Positions 27,652 through 37,461 of a stretch of DNA of 41,177 nucleotides are shown here, in pieces. The translations under genes and the position numbers were made by a program. The DNA is from Anaerolineae bacterium (GTDB lineage Bacteria; Chloroflexota; Anaerolineae; CG2-30-64-16), in the NCBI GenBank assembly GCA_034434235.1, contig DAOTZV010000190.1, positions 1 to 41,177 on the forward strand, in the 5' to 3' direction. The first letter of the stretch is position 1; each line of letters begins with the position of its first letter. The notes beneath the pieces were generated by a model. The model had not been told where the DNA came from, searched no databases, and saw nothing but the letters and a program-made list of their open reading frames with translations.

Positions 27652-27681
27652 TTGACAGGGCCGCATCTTGTGTGTTATGGT
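27652..27681 (+). promoter_or_regulatory. Sigma70 promoter TTGACA-17-TTATGG with an extended -10 (TGTTATGGT) for the ABC transporter operon
   Basis: Read directly. A weak hairpin GGCGGTCTGCGACCGCC at 27605-27621 precedes it. Confidence 0.5.
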
Positions 27682-27799
27682 ATGCTCGGCCCACGCGACG
27701 GGATGCGAAGGAAAGGGGGTGGTCACCTTCAGCGATCGCTCTGGTGATCTTGATGGCCGCGTTCCATGACCGTATTATTCATGTACCTGAAAAAGGAGG

Positions 27800-29266
27800 A
27801 TGGCCATGTCCAACAATCATGCGATGAGCCGCCGCACCTTCTTGCAGCGGCTGGCTGTCCTCGGTGCGGTGAGTGCGACCGCAGCGGCGTGCGCCCCGGC
27901 GCCGACCCCTGCGGCCCCGACTCCCGCGCCGAAGGCCACGGAACCCGCCAAACCTGCCGCTCCCACGGCAGCGCCGGCAGCGAAGGTCGAAATCAAGGGA
28001 ACTTTGCAGGTCGTGCAGAAGAAGGACTTCTTTCCGGCCATGAACGATTGGTTCCAGGCCGAGGTCAAGAAGTTCTGCCAGGAAAAGGGATGGCCCGTCG
28101 AGATCAGCTATGAGGCCGGTTACACGGGCGGCACGCCGTTCGTCGAGAAGTTCTCGGCCGCAGCGGCAGCCGGCACGCCGGCCGATCTGCTCATGCACAC
28201 CGATGCGATCACGGACTTCGTGCAACTGAAAGTCGTCGATCCCGTCACCGATATCGTCAACGAAGTGGCGGCGAAGTGGGGCAGTCCGTCGGCCCGCCAG
28301 AAGTTCGACATGGTCAAGGAAGGCCAGTGGTACTACGTGCCCTACTTCCAGCGCAGCGATGGCGGCTGGTTCCAGCGGCCGGCCTTCGAGGCCAAGGGCA
28401 TTGACATCCACAAGATCCGGCACTACAAGGACCTGTGGGAGGCCTGTCTGGAGGTCTCGAACCCGGACAAGGAGCTGTACGGCTGGGGCGTTACCATCAA
28501 CCGCTGCGGCGACGGCGACTGGTTCCGCTATCGGGTCATGCACGGCTGGGGCGCGTATGTCCAGGATGAGACCGGCCAATACGTCACCATTGATTCCCCG
28601 CAGATGGTCGAGGCCATGACCGTCATGACCGACCTCTATCTGAAGGACAAGTGGAAGCCGATGTTGCCGCCCGGCGTGCTGGCGTGGACCGATCCCTCCA
28701 ACAACGAAGCCTACCTGGCCGGCAAGCTGGCGTACACGCAGAACGGCGGCACGGTCTACGGCAAGGCGATCCTGGACAACAACCCGATCAAGGACATCAC
28801 GGGCTTCCATTCGCCGGCCGGCGGCCCGGTGAACCTGGAGTTCAACAGCCTGAGCGCGAACTACTTCGCAATGCTGCGCGGGGCGAAGAACCCGGCGGCC
28901 GCGCGCGAGCTGATCCTGCACTTCCTGCTGCCGCTCGAAAGCATGGATGCGATCTTCTCGAACGCGCCCGGCTTCGCGCTCCCCGCTTACGAGAAGCTGT
29001 GGGATGCCTCCAAGTACATCCCCACCAACAAGGTGGCCATGGAGCAGAAGGCCGTGGCGACCTCGCCGACGGGCAACATCGTGCCGGGCACCTATCCGGG
29101 CCCGTCCATGAACCCGGCAATGGCCGCGGCCGCGCAGGCGGGCATCCAAAACGACATGGTGGCCGACATCCTGCGCGGCACGCCCGTGGCCCAGGCCGTC
29201 AAGACCTGCCACGAGCGCTACGTCAAGGTCTTCAAGGAATTCAACCTGCCGGGCGAGAAGAAGTAA
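27800..29266 (+). CDS. ABC transporter extracellular solute-binding protein, family 1 (carbohydrate type), Tat-lipoprotein-like
   Basis: MSRRTFLQRLAVLGAVSATAAAC has a Tat motif and a lipobox. A Pro/Thr/Ala linker precedes the SBP-1 body. Alternative ATG starts at 27806 and 27824. Confidence 0.85.
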   Translation: MAMSNNHAMSRRTFLQRLAVLGAVSATAAACAPAPTPAAPTPAPKATEPAKPAAPTAAPAAKVEIKGTLQVVQKKDFFPAMNDWFQAEVKKFCQEKGWPVEISYEAGYTGGTPFVEKFSAAAAAGTPADLLMHTDAITDFVQLKVVDPVTDIVNEVAAKWGSPSARQKFDMVKEGQWYYVPYFQRSDGGWFQRPAFEAKGIDIHKIRHYKDLWEACLEVSNPDKELYGWGVTINRCGDGDWFRYRVMHGWGAYVQDETGQYVTIDSPQMVEAMTVMTDLYLKDKWKPMLPPGVLAWTDPSNNEAYLAGKLAYTQNGGTVYGKAILDNNPIKDITGFHSPAGGPVNLEFNSLSANYFAMLRGAKNPAAARELILHFLLPLESMDAIFSNAPGFALPAYEKLWDASKYIPTNKVAMEQKAVATSPTGNIVPGTYPGPSMNPAMAAAAQAGIQNDMVADILRGTPVAQAVKTCHERYVKVFKEFNLPGEKK

Positions 29267-29270
29267 AAGG

Positions 29271-31316
29271 ATGAGTCGCATGGGGGGCGGCGCGCGCCGT
29301 CCCCTATGCGGCCGTCGACGCGATCGAGGAGGCATTGTGGCGCAACTCGCACAGACCACCGCACTTTCCCCGAGCGTTCCGCTGCGGCAGGTCCTCAGCA
29401 AACGCCTGCAGCAAGTCCTGGGCCGAGACTGGTTCGAAGCTTACATCTTCATGGCGCCGGCCATGATCCTGCTTGTCGGCATCATTGCCTATCCGTTCCT
29501 GCGCGCGGTCTACATCAGCTTCACGAATACCACCAGCGTCGAGATCGGCCCATTTGTCGGCCTCAAGAACTACATCGAACTCTGGAACGATATCTTCTTC
29601 CGCCGTTCAGTGCTCATCACGGCCAAGTTCACCATCGCCTCGGTGACGCTTAAGCTCCTGATCGGCATTCTGTCGGCCGTGTTGTTGCACCGCCTGGGCA
29701 ATCGCCTGGCCATCCTCACCGGCCTGGTCCTCTTGCCCTGGATTATGCCCGACATCGTGCGGGCCATCACCTGGAAGAGCCTGCTCGACCCGCTCTACGG
29801 CGGTTTCAGCCGCCTGCTGGTGATCCTGGGCCTGGCGAAACATCCGCCGGCTTACCTGGCCAACGTGGACACCGCCCTGACCGCCCTGGTGATCATCAAC
29901 CTCTGGCAGGGCATTCCGTTTTTTACGATCAACCTGCTCGCCGGGCTGAAGGCGATCGACCAGGAGCTTTACGAGGCGGCCGCCATTGACGGCGCCGGCG
30001 CGTGGCGCCAGTTCCTCCATATCACGTTGCCCGGCCTGCGCTACGTCATCATCGTGGTCACCCTCCTGTCGAGCATCTGGACGTTCAACACTTTTACCCT
30101 GATCTACCTGCTCACCGGCGGCGGGCCGATGGATTCCACCAAGGTCTACTCCATCCTTTCGTATAACTACGCCATCGGCGGCCACCGCTACGGCCCGGGC
30201 ATCGCTGTTTCCCTCTCGATGGCGCCGATCCTGGCCATCGTCATCATGATCCTGGGCCGCTACATGATGAGCGGCCGGCGGCTGTACGAAGAACAGCGGA
30301 CGGCCGAGCCGGGCGTCTTTGCCGATCTACTGGCGGCACTGGCATGGCCTTTCAAGCTGCTGATCCGGGGCGTGCTCGCCATCTTCTGGTTCATCAACGA
30401 CAACGTCGAGCGCCTCATCGAGGCCATCGGTCGGCTGGTGCAAGGCATTGCGGCGCGCGGTCGGACGGGGCCCCGCGTCTATCGCAAATCCACCTGGCGT
30501 TCCCAGATTGCGCCGTCGCTCGCCCTGGCGCTGCTCCTGATCTTCGAATTGTTCCCCTTCTATTGGGTCGTCATCACGGCCTTCAAGACCGAATTGCAGA
30601 TCACCCGTTTCCAGAGCATCTATTGGCCGTCTCCCTGGACGCTCGACCAGTTCGTCCGGCTCCTCGGCCCCACGCGCGACTTCCTGGTATGGCTCCGCAA
30701 CACGTTGACCGTTTCGATCATCACTCCGATTATGTCAACTATTCTCGCGGCCGCCAGCGCCTACGCCCTTACCCGCCTGCGTTGGCGCGGGGCCGGTCCG
30801 GTATCGAGCGGCGTGCTGGTCGCCTATCTCATGCCCGGCATCATGATGCTCATCCCGATCTTCCAGCTCTTCACCCGTTTGAAGCTGACCAATACGCTGG
30901 GCGCGCTGATCCTGTCGTATCCGACCTTCAGCCTGCCGTTTGCCATCTGGCTGATGATGGGCTACTATAGTTCCATCCCTGAAGAGCTGGAGGCGGCCGC
31001 GTTGATAGACGGCTGCAATCGCTTCCAGGCCTTTTTCATGATCATCCTGCCCCTGACGCGGCCCGCGCTGCTGGCGGTGATGCTGTTCGGCGTGACGCAG
31101 GCCTGGAGCGAGTTCCTCTTCGCCTACGTCATGATCCAGAGCGCCAACAAGATGACCGTGCCGGTGGGCCTGGCGCAGATGATCATCGGCGATGTGTTGC
31201 CGTGGGGCGAGCTGTGTGCAGCCGCCTTCCTCATGGCCATCCCGGTGCTGATCCTCTACACCATCGGGAACCGCTTCATGGTGGCCGGCCTGACCGCCGG
31301 CGCGGTCAAGGGCTAA
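29271..31316 (+). CDS. Fused ABC transporter permease (MalF-like + MalG-like domains in one 681-aa polypeptide)
   Basis: Two complete binding-protein-dependent permease domains, each with its own EAA loop (AAIDGAGAWRQF... and AALIDGCNRFQAFF...). There is no stop between them. No ABC ATPase gene is nearby. Confidence 0.8.
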   Translation: MSRMGGGARRPLCGRRRDRGGIVAQLAQTTALSPSVPLRQVLSKRLQQVLGRDWFEAYIFMAPAMILLVGIIAYPFLRAVYISFTNTTSVEIGPFVGLKNYIELWNDIFFRRSVLITAKFTIASVTLKLLIGILSAVLLHRLGNRLAILTGLVLLPWIMPDIVRAITWKSLLDPLYGGFSRLLVILGLAKHPPAYLANVDTALTALVIINLWQGIPFFTINLLAGLKAIDQELYEAAAIDGAGAWRQFLHITLPGLRYVIIVVTLLSSIWTFNTFTLIYLLTGGGPMDSTKVYSILSYNYAIGGHRYGPGIAVSLSMAPILAIVIMILGRYMMSGRRLYEEQRTAEPGVFADLLAALAWPFKLLIRGVLAIFWFINDNVERLIEAIGRLVQGIAARGRTGPRVYRKSTWRSQIAPSLALALLLIFELFPFYWVVITAFKTELQITRFQSIYWPSPWTLDQFVRLLGPTRDFLVWLRNTLTVSIITPIMSTILAAASAYALTRLRWRGAGPVSSGVLVAYLMPGIMMLIPIFQLFTRLKLTNTLGALILSYPTFSLPFAIWLMMGYYSSIPEELEAAALIDGCNRFQAFFMIILPLTRPALLAVMLFGVTQAWSEFLFAYVMIQSANKMTVPVGLAQMIIGDVLPWGELCAAAFLMAIPVLILYTIGNRFMVAGLTAGAVKG

Positions 31317-31374
31317 CGATCAGGTTGATCGGCGGAAGAGATTCCGCATCACATATCTCTCTGGGAGCTTGCTC

Positions 31375-32337
31375 ATGAAAGTCCTGTTTGGCCCCAACAT
31401 GATGGGCCTGGAAAAAGGGATCCCTGCGCTCCAGCAGGCCTATCCCGACATCGAGTTCGTGCATTGCGCCGATCCGAAGGCGCTGGCCGAGGCCATCGCC
31501 GACGCCGACATCTACATGGGCCATCTGAATCGCGACGTCTTCCTGGCCGCGAAGCGGCTCAAGTGGGTGCAATCGCCCAGCACCGGGGTGAACTACTACC
31601 TGGCGATCCCCGAGCTGAAGAACGGCGACGTCATCCTCACCGGCGCGAGGGGCACCCACGCCGCGTGCGTGGCCGAGAGCGCCATGGGCATGATCCTCGC
31701 CTTCACGCGCGGGATCCGCGATAGCATCATCCTGCAACCCCAACACAAATGGGCGATGCGCGACCTGCGCTCGAAGCTGATCGAGCTGACCGGCCTGACG
31801 ATGGGCATCATCGCGCTCGGCTCCATCGGCCAGGCGCTGGCCAAGCGCGCCAAAGCGTTCGAGATGCGCATCATTGTCGTGGACAAATATCCCGGCCAGA
31901 AGCCCGACTACGTGGACGAGCTGTGGGGCATGGACCGCCTCGACGACCTGCTGGCCGAAGCCGACATCGTGGTGGTCACCGCGCCCTGGACCCCCGAAGC
32001 TCAGGGCATGATCGGCGCGGCCCAGATCGCGCGGATGAAGCCGAGCGCCATGCTGGTCGGCATCTCGCGCGGGGGCATCATCGACCAGAAGGCGCTGGCG
32101 CAGGCGCTGCGCGAGAAGAGGATCGCCTGTGCCGCGCTGGACGTGTTCGAGCCGGAGCCGCTGCCGGCCGACAGCGAGCTGTGGGACATCGAGAACCTGC
32201 TCATCACCTCGCACATCGCCGGCGGCACGCAATACGAACGCAAGTATCTGTTGGAACTGTTCCAGGAAAACCTGGGCAAATATCTGCGCGGCGAATTCCC
32301 CTTGCGCAACCAGGTAGACAAGCAAAAAGGATTCTAG
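31375..32337 (+). CDS. D-isomer-specific 2-hydroxyacid dehydrogenase family, NAD(P)-binding (glyoxylate/hydroxypyruvate reductase-like)
   Basis: Rossmann motif GLTMGIIALGSIGQALAKRA. The catalytic His region SHIAGGT. Alternative ATG at 31369. Confidence 0.85.
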   Translation: MKVLFGPNMMGLEKGIPALQQAYPDIEFVHCADPKALAEAIADADIYMGHLNRDVFLAAKRLKWVQSPSTGVNYYLAIPELKNGDVILTGARGTHAACVAESAMGMILAFTRGIRDSIILQPQHKWAMRDLRSKLIELTGLTMGIIALGSIGQALAKRAKAFEMRIIVVDKYPGQKPDYVDELWGMDRLDDLLAEADIVVVTAPWTPEAQGMIGAAQIARMKPSAMLVGISRGGIIDQKALAQALREKRIACAALDVFEPEPLPADSELWDIENLLITSHIAGGTQYERKYLLELFQENLGKYLRGEFPLRNQVDKQKGF

Positions 32338-32339
32338 GC

Positions 32340-34691
32340 ATGGCAGAAGCTACGCAGACCGCGGTGGCCGACCGCCTGGCTCAACTGAAGGCGGTCTTTC
32401 CCCATTGGGAGAAAACCAAAGACCTGGTCGACAACCTGCTCGACATCATGCTGAACTACCGGCAGAGCGGACATCCGGGCGGCTCGCGCTCGAAGGTGCA
32501 CGCGCTGCTCACGCTGCTGCTCAGCGGCGCGATGCGCTGGGACATCCGCGCGCCGGAAAAGCGCTTCGCCGATCGCTTCGTGCTGGTGGCCGGGCATACC
32601 GTCCCGTTGATCTACTGCACGATGGCCGTGCTCGACGAAGCGCTGCGCATCAAGTACGAGCAAACCGGCGATGAAAAATATCGCCTGCGCCCCGAACGGG
32701 CCGTCTTCTGGGAAGACCTGCTGGGCTTTCGGCGCTGGCGCGGCCTTCCCGGCCATGCCGAGATGGCCGGCAAAACCCTCTTCCTGAAGTTCAACACCGG
32801 GCCGTCGGGCCACGGCAGTCCGGCCGCGGCCGGCGAGGCGCTGGCGCTCAAGCGCGCCGGCGCGGGCTGCGTCAAGGTGTTCGCGCTGGAAGGGGAAGGC
32901 GGCCTCAGCGCGGGCGCGGCGCATGAGACCATGAACTCGGCCTGGGGCCTGGGACTCGACAACCTGCACTACTTGCTGGACTGGAACGATTTCGGCATCG
33001 ACGCGCATCCGGTCAGCGCGGTGACCTACGGCACGCCGACCGACTGGTTCGGCAGCCACGGGTGGCGCGTCTACGGCGTCGAGCAGGGGAGCGAGTGGGA
33101 GCCGCTGGCGCAGGCGCTCCTCAGCATGACGACCGAGCAAGACCCGCAGAAGCGCCCCTCGGTGATGTGGTTCAAGACGCGCAAGGGCCGCGGGTACGGC
33201 AAGTACGACTATGCCTCGCACGGCGTGCCGCACCCGCTCAACAGCGAGGCGTTCTGGGCCACCAAGCGCGAGTTCGCCGAGCGCTACGGCGTCGAATTCG
33301 TCAACATGGGCGGCCCCGCGCCGGCCGATCCGGAAGCCCTGCGCGCCGAGTTTCGCGCCAACCTGGAGGCGGTGATCGGCGTCCTGCGCCGCGATCAGGC
33401 GCTGGTGGATTACCTGGCCGACACGCTGGTGGCCATCGGCGATTCGGTGCCGGCCGAGCTGCCGACCTTCCGGCTGGGCAAGAAGGGCAACCCCTTCAAA
33501 GACCCCCGTCTGTTCGACTATCGCAACTATCCGGCCGAGCTCTATCTGCCGCCGGGCAAATCGGCCGCCAACCGCAACGCGCTGGCGAAGTGGAGCGCGT
33601 GGATCAACGCGTTCGGCGCGCGGGAGTATGGCCGGCCGATCTTCATCGCCTCATCGGCCGATCTGGCCGGCTCGACTAACATCAGCGGCTTTGCGGAGGC
33701 GTTCGGCGATTTCAAAGGCTACGGCTGGTACGAGCGGGTCGGCAACGATGAAGGCGCGCTCCTGCCGCAGGAGATCACCGAGTTCACCAACTCCGGCATC
33801 ATGGCCGGCATCGCGACCGTCAACCTGGCCGCCGATCCCGAACGGGAGTTCGACGGCTTTTGGGCCGCCAGCTCGACCTACGGCTCCTTCGCGTATCTCC
33901 TGTACGGCCCGATGCGGCTCTTCAGCCAGCTCAGCCAGGACTGCGACCTGAAGGTGGGCAAGGCGCTGTGGGTGGCGGGCCACTCTGGCCCCGAGACGGC
34001 CGAGGATAGCCGAACGCACTTCGGCATCTTCGCGCCGGGGGTCACCCAGCTCTTCCCCGAAGGGCAGATCATCAACCTGCACCCGTGGGAGTACAACGAG
34101 GTGCCGGTGTTGCTGGGTGCGGCGCTGGCCACCGATGCGCCGATCATCGCGCTGCACCTGACCCGGCCGCCGATCACCATTCCCGATCGCGCGAAGCTGG
34201 GCATCCCGTCGCACTTCGAGGCCGCACGCGGGGCCTACATCATCCGCGACTACAAGCCCGGCCGACCGTGCGACGGGACGTTCATCGTCCAGGGCACCAG
34301 CGCGGTGAACAACATCGTGCAGCTGTTGCCGCAACTGGACGAGTCCGATCTGAACATCAAGATCGTCTGTGCGACGAGCCATGAGCTCTTCGCCATGCAG
34401 CCGGCTCCGTATCGCGAGCGGGTCATCGGCCCGGCCGACCGGGTGAATTCGACCGTGATCTGCACGCAGGCGCGGATCACCATGCGCCAGTGGATCTTCA
34501 ACAAGATGGCCGAGGAATACGCCATGACGGCCGACTGGGACAACCGCTGGCGCACGGGCGGCACGGTAGACGAGGTCATCGAAGAGGCGCACCTTTCGCC
34601 CAGATGGCTGATGGAGGGGATCCGGCGCTTCGTGGCCGACAAAGAGAAGCGGATGGCGGCCATTCGCGCAGAAGTGGATGCCGCATGTTGA
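32340..34691 (+). CDS. Transketolase-family TPP enzyme, atypical long form (783 aa)
   Basis: TPP motifs SGHPGGS and GEGGLSAG (GDG-like) plus TK-like pyrimidine-binding and C-terminal domains. The ATG is 2 nt after the upstream stop. Confidence 0.8.
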   Translation: MAEATQTAVADRLAQLKAVFPHWEKTKDLVDNLLDIMLNYRQSGHPGGSRSKVHALLTLLLSGAMRWDIRAPEKRFADRFVLVAGHTVPLIYCTMAVLDEALRIKYEQTGDEKYRLRPERAVFWEDLLGFRRWRGLPGHAEMAGKTLFLKFNTGPSGHGSPAAAGEALALKRAGAGCVKVFALEGEGGLSAGAAHETMNSAWGLGLDNLHYLLDWNDFGIDAHPVSAVTYGTPTDWFGSHGWRVYGVEQGSEWEPLAQALLSMTTEQDPQKRPSVMWFKTRKGRGYGKYDYASHGVPHPLNSEAFWATKREFAERYGVEFVNMGGPAPADPEALRAEFRANLEAVIGVLRRDQALVDYLADTLVAIGDSVPAELPTFRLGKKGNPFKDPRLFDYRNYPAELYLPPGKSAANRNALAKWSAWINAFGAREYGRPIFIASSADLAGSTNISGFAEAFGDFKGYGWYERVGNDEGALLPQEITEFTNSGIMAGIATVNLAADPEREFDGFWAASSTYGSFAYLLYGPMRLFSQLSQDCDLKVGKALWVAGHSGPETAEDSRTHFGIFAPGVTQLFPEGQIINLHPWEYNEVPVLLGAALATDAPIIALHLTRPPITIPDRAKLGIPSHFEAARGAYIIRDYKPGRPCDGTFIVQGTSAVNNIVQLLPQLDESDLNIKIVCATSHELFAMQPAPYRERVIGPADRVNSTVICTQARITMRQWIFNKMAEEYAMTADWDNRWRTGGTVDEVIEEAHLSPRWLMEGIRRFVADKEKRMAAIRAEVDAAC

Positions 34692-35134
34692 GCCGGACGC
34701 TGTCCGAGAGGGAATGGCCGAAGGAGCCGGGGTCATATGTGCTGCTGCTCCAGGTCGTGTCCCCGCTGACGTTTGAAGCCGGCCGACTGGGCATGATCAC
34801 CCTGCCCGCCGGCCGGTATGCTTACGTCGGCACCGCGCGGGCGACCGGCGGACTGCGCGTCCGGCTGGCGCGCCATGTGCGTTCGCAGAAGCGGCTCTAC
34901 TGGCACATAGATTACCTGGTCCAACGGGCGCCGATCTGGGGCGTTTACTGGCAAGTGACGCCGATTCCCCTGGAGTGTCGGTGGGCACAGGCGCTTCTGC
35001 GCCTCCCCGGCGCCAGCGCGCCTGTGCGCGGCTTCGGCAGCAGCGACTGTCGTCGCGGCTGTCCGGCCCACCTGGTGCGCCTGCCCGATGGCATATCGGC
35101 CGAGGAGGTGGAGGAGGCGCTTGGGGGCGATTGA
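34685..35134 (+). CDS. DUF123-like (GIY-YIG-fold) hypothetical protein
   Basis: 150 aa, HIDYL motif. The ATG overlaps the transketolase stop. Its stop codon (TGA) is supplied by the first repeat module (GGGGCGATTGA). Confidence 0.5.
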   Translation: MLSRTLSEREWPKEPGSYVLLLQVVSPLTFEAGRLGMITLPAGRYAYVGTARATGGLRVRLARHVRSQKRLYWHIDYLVQRAPIWGVYWQVTPIPLECRWAQALLRLPGASAPVRGFGSSDCRRGCPAHLVRLPDGISAEEVEEALGGD

Positions 35135-35783
35135 AATCGCGGCTAACGGGCGCCGCAGCGCCGCGGCACCCACCTGCGTGGGTGCACGCGTCGGCGCAAG
35201 GCCGACGCCCAGCCGCAGGCTCCTTAGCCGCGACCTCGGTCGCCCCAAAAGCACCGAGCGGCGCAGTAGCGCCGCAATCCAAAACGACCTCGGCGCAGGC
35301 CGACGCCCAGCCCAGGTTTGGGGCGATTGAAATCGCGGCTAACGGGCGCCGCCGCGCCGCCACACCCACCGCCGTGGGTGCACGCGTCGGCGCAGGCCGA
35401 CGCCCAGGTTCGGGGCGATTGAAATCGCGGCTAACGGGCGCCCTGGCGCCGCTGCACCCACCTCCGTGGGTGCACGCGTCGGCGCAAGGCCGACGCCCAG
35501 GTTCGGGGCGATTGAAATCGCGGCTAACGGGCGCCACGGCGCCGATGCACCCACCGCCGTGGGTGCCCGCGTCGGCGCAGGCCGACGCCCAGCCGCCGGC
35601 TCCTTAGCCGCGACCTCGGTCGCCCCACCGTTCAATCGCCCCACCATTCGGTCGCTCGCCGCCGCACCCACCTTCGTGGGTGCGGGCCGCGTCGGCGCAG
35701 GCCGACGCCCGGCCGCCGGCCCCTTAGCCGCGACCTCGGTCGCCCACAGGGCCCGCCGGGCCGCGGGTTGGGGCGATTGAAAT
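35124..35783. repeat. Second tandem array (~6 units) of the mosaic MITE/BIME-like repeat, truncated at its right end by the IS
   Basis: Module A GGGGCGATTGAAATCGCGGCTAA at 35124, 35326, 35409 and 35504, with a partial copy at 35771. E modules TTAGCCGCGACCTCGGTCGCCC at 35223, 35603 and 35723. Confidence 0.85.
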
Positions 35784-37461
35784 GGGTGCAGTTGCTCTCT
35801 TTTACCAGGTTCATTCGTGAGTATGTAGAGTTCGTCAGACAAGTCCATAAGAGGGTAGCGGTGCTGGCGTCGTGCATTTCAGGGAGAGATTTTTGTGCTC
35901 ACGTTGGGCCTGCTCTTTGGTTCTCTCATGAACGAATTCGATAAACGCATCCCAGTCGTCGTTCACTTCAATACAGCGCAGTTGCAACAGGTGTTCCGCG
36001 CGTTCCCTGATCCAACGCATGCCTCCGCAGTCAAAGCGCTTGGCGATCACGTAATTCACCGCGCCCTCAACGACTCCCGAAGAGATCTCCAAATCACGTT
36101 CGCGCAGTTGCTTGTAGTTCATCTTATCTACACGCTTGGCAATGTAGTTGCGCACTTGCGCCAAACGTGCGCGGGCACCGGACTTGGCCGGGCCCAACTG
36201 CGCAAGACGTTTGTCCATCTCCGCCACGATCTCCGCCACACGTCCAGCGTACAGGGCTTCTTTCTGGGCCGCCACCCACTGGCGCAACTCGGGACTGCCT
36301 TCCCGATACAGGCATTCACCGGCCTCCCACAGATACTCTGTCACGTGGTAGACGTCAATGGTATGCTCTGCTTTCGGGAAGTATTCGGCGATGTAGCGCT
36401 CCAGGTCGTTGTCGCCATCGGTCACCACCTGGATCAGCTTGTGACTCTCTGGCCCGAAGCCGCGCTTGGTGGCCTCACGGCGGGCGATCGCGACGGCGTG
36501 CCGCTTGGGCGCATAAGAAGCATACACTTTCTTGTTGATCGGCCCCTCCAACTGCCCCTCGGCACTCTGTTTCAGCGTATACATCGTTACTATGGTGGCC
36601 ATTTTCCCGTTCTTGGCCTTGTCGCCCTTCTGGCGCCGCGGCTTGGCCTCGCGGCATTGACGGGCCGCCCGGCCCCGATGCCGTGGCGAGCCAGGCTGGG
36701 GCTGCGCCAGGCGTTGGCCGCGCCGCTTCGCCAACTCCGCCTCCGTAGCGGTCGGGGTGGCCTTGCTATCGATCTGCACAATCAGCACTTCTCCATCCCC
36801 TTCCGGCGCCGGCGCGCTCTCGAACCACGCCCCGGTATGCTGACCCAGTCCCAATACCATGCCCTCAATACTCTCCTGAGCAGGCGACCAATGCAAGAAC
36901 ATGCTCAAGAGCAGGGCGGTCTGCGCATAACTGACCTTGGTCGCCAGCCGAGCCGCATAGCTGCGCAGCACCATGCTGAACCCGTCGTCGGTCAACCCCA
37001 ACTCGACATCCAAGGGATAATAGCCCTTACCCTTGCTGTAGAGGTAAGTGCGCCAATAGCGCACCTTGCCGAAGAACGTCCCCAGCAAGCGCGAATGGGG
37101 GCCAAGTTGCTTATACCCCGCCTCTGCCTCGGTGTGCGCCGCCTGGAATCGTTCGTGGCGCATACACAGGAAAAGCTGGACGAACAGACAACCCAGGGCC
37201 AGAACCCTGGGAATCAGTTGGGTCTCAAAGGCAAAAAAGGTGAGCGCTTGACCACGCAAGACCCAGGTGACCAGTTCTCCCACTTCTTGCTCAATTCTGG
37301 CTTTCACCTCTGCCGTCGTGAGAGGAGTAGCTGCATCGCTCTCCGTCAACACGCTGGACGAACATTTCTCCTCCATAAGGCCTCCTCAAGTACGCTTTTG
37401 AGGCCTATTATGCCATACTTTGTGACCCGGCGATGTGAGGTAAAAAAGAGCGATTACACCC
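35784..37461 (-). mobile_element. Insertion sequence (~1.68 kb) with 23-bp imperfect terminal inverted repeats GGGTGCAGTTGCTCTCTTTTACC / GGGTGTAATCGCTCTTTTTTACC and a single transposase gene
   Basis: The IRs were found by reverse-complementing the right flank. The left end abuts a half module A (GGGGCGATTGAAAT|GGGTGCAG). No direct target duplication is visible. Lower GC than the surrounding core. Confidence 0.75.
35835..37376 (-). CDS. DDE-type IS transposase (513 aa; ISKra4/IS1634-size class, family uncertain)
   Basis: A Lys/Arg-rich linker, a DDE-like arrangement (QIDSK ... VVTDGDNDLERY ... HVTEYLW) and a C-terminal MRWIRERAEHLLQLR motif typical of transposases. Confidence 0.75.
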   Translation of the reverse strand: MEEKCSSSVLTESDAATPLTTAEVKARIEQEVGELVTWVLRGQALTFFAFETQLIPRVLALGCLFVQLFLCMRHERFQAAHTEAEAGYKQLGPHSRLLGTFFGKVRYWRTYLYSKGKGYYPLDVELGLTDDGFSMVLRSYAARLATKVSYAQTALLLSMFLHWSPAQESIEGMVLGLGQHTGAWFESAPAPEGDGEVLIVQIDSKATPTATEAELAKRRGQRLAQPQPGSPRHRGRAARQCREAKPRRQKGDKAKNGKMATIVTMYTLKQSAEGQLEGPINKKVYASYAPKRHAVAIARREATKRGFGPESHKLIQVVTDGDNDLERYIAEYFPKAEHTIDVYHVTEYLWEAGECLYREGSPELRQWVAAQKEALYAGRVAEIVAEMDKRLAQLGPAKSGARARLAQVRNYIAKRVDKMNYKQLRERDLEISSGVVEGAVNYVIAKRFDCGGMRWIRERAEHLLQLRCIEVNDDWDAFIEFVHERTKEQAQREHKNLSLKCTTPAPLPSYGLV

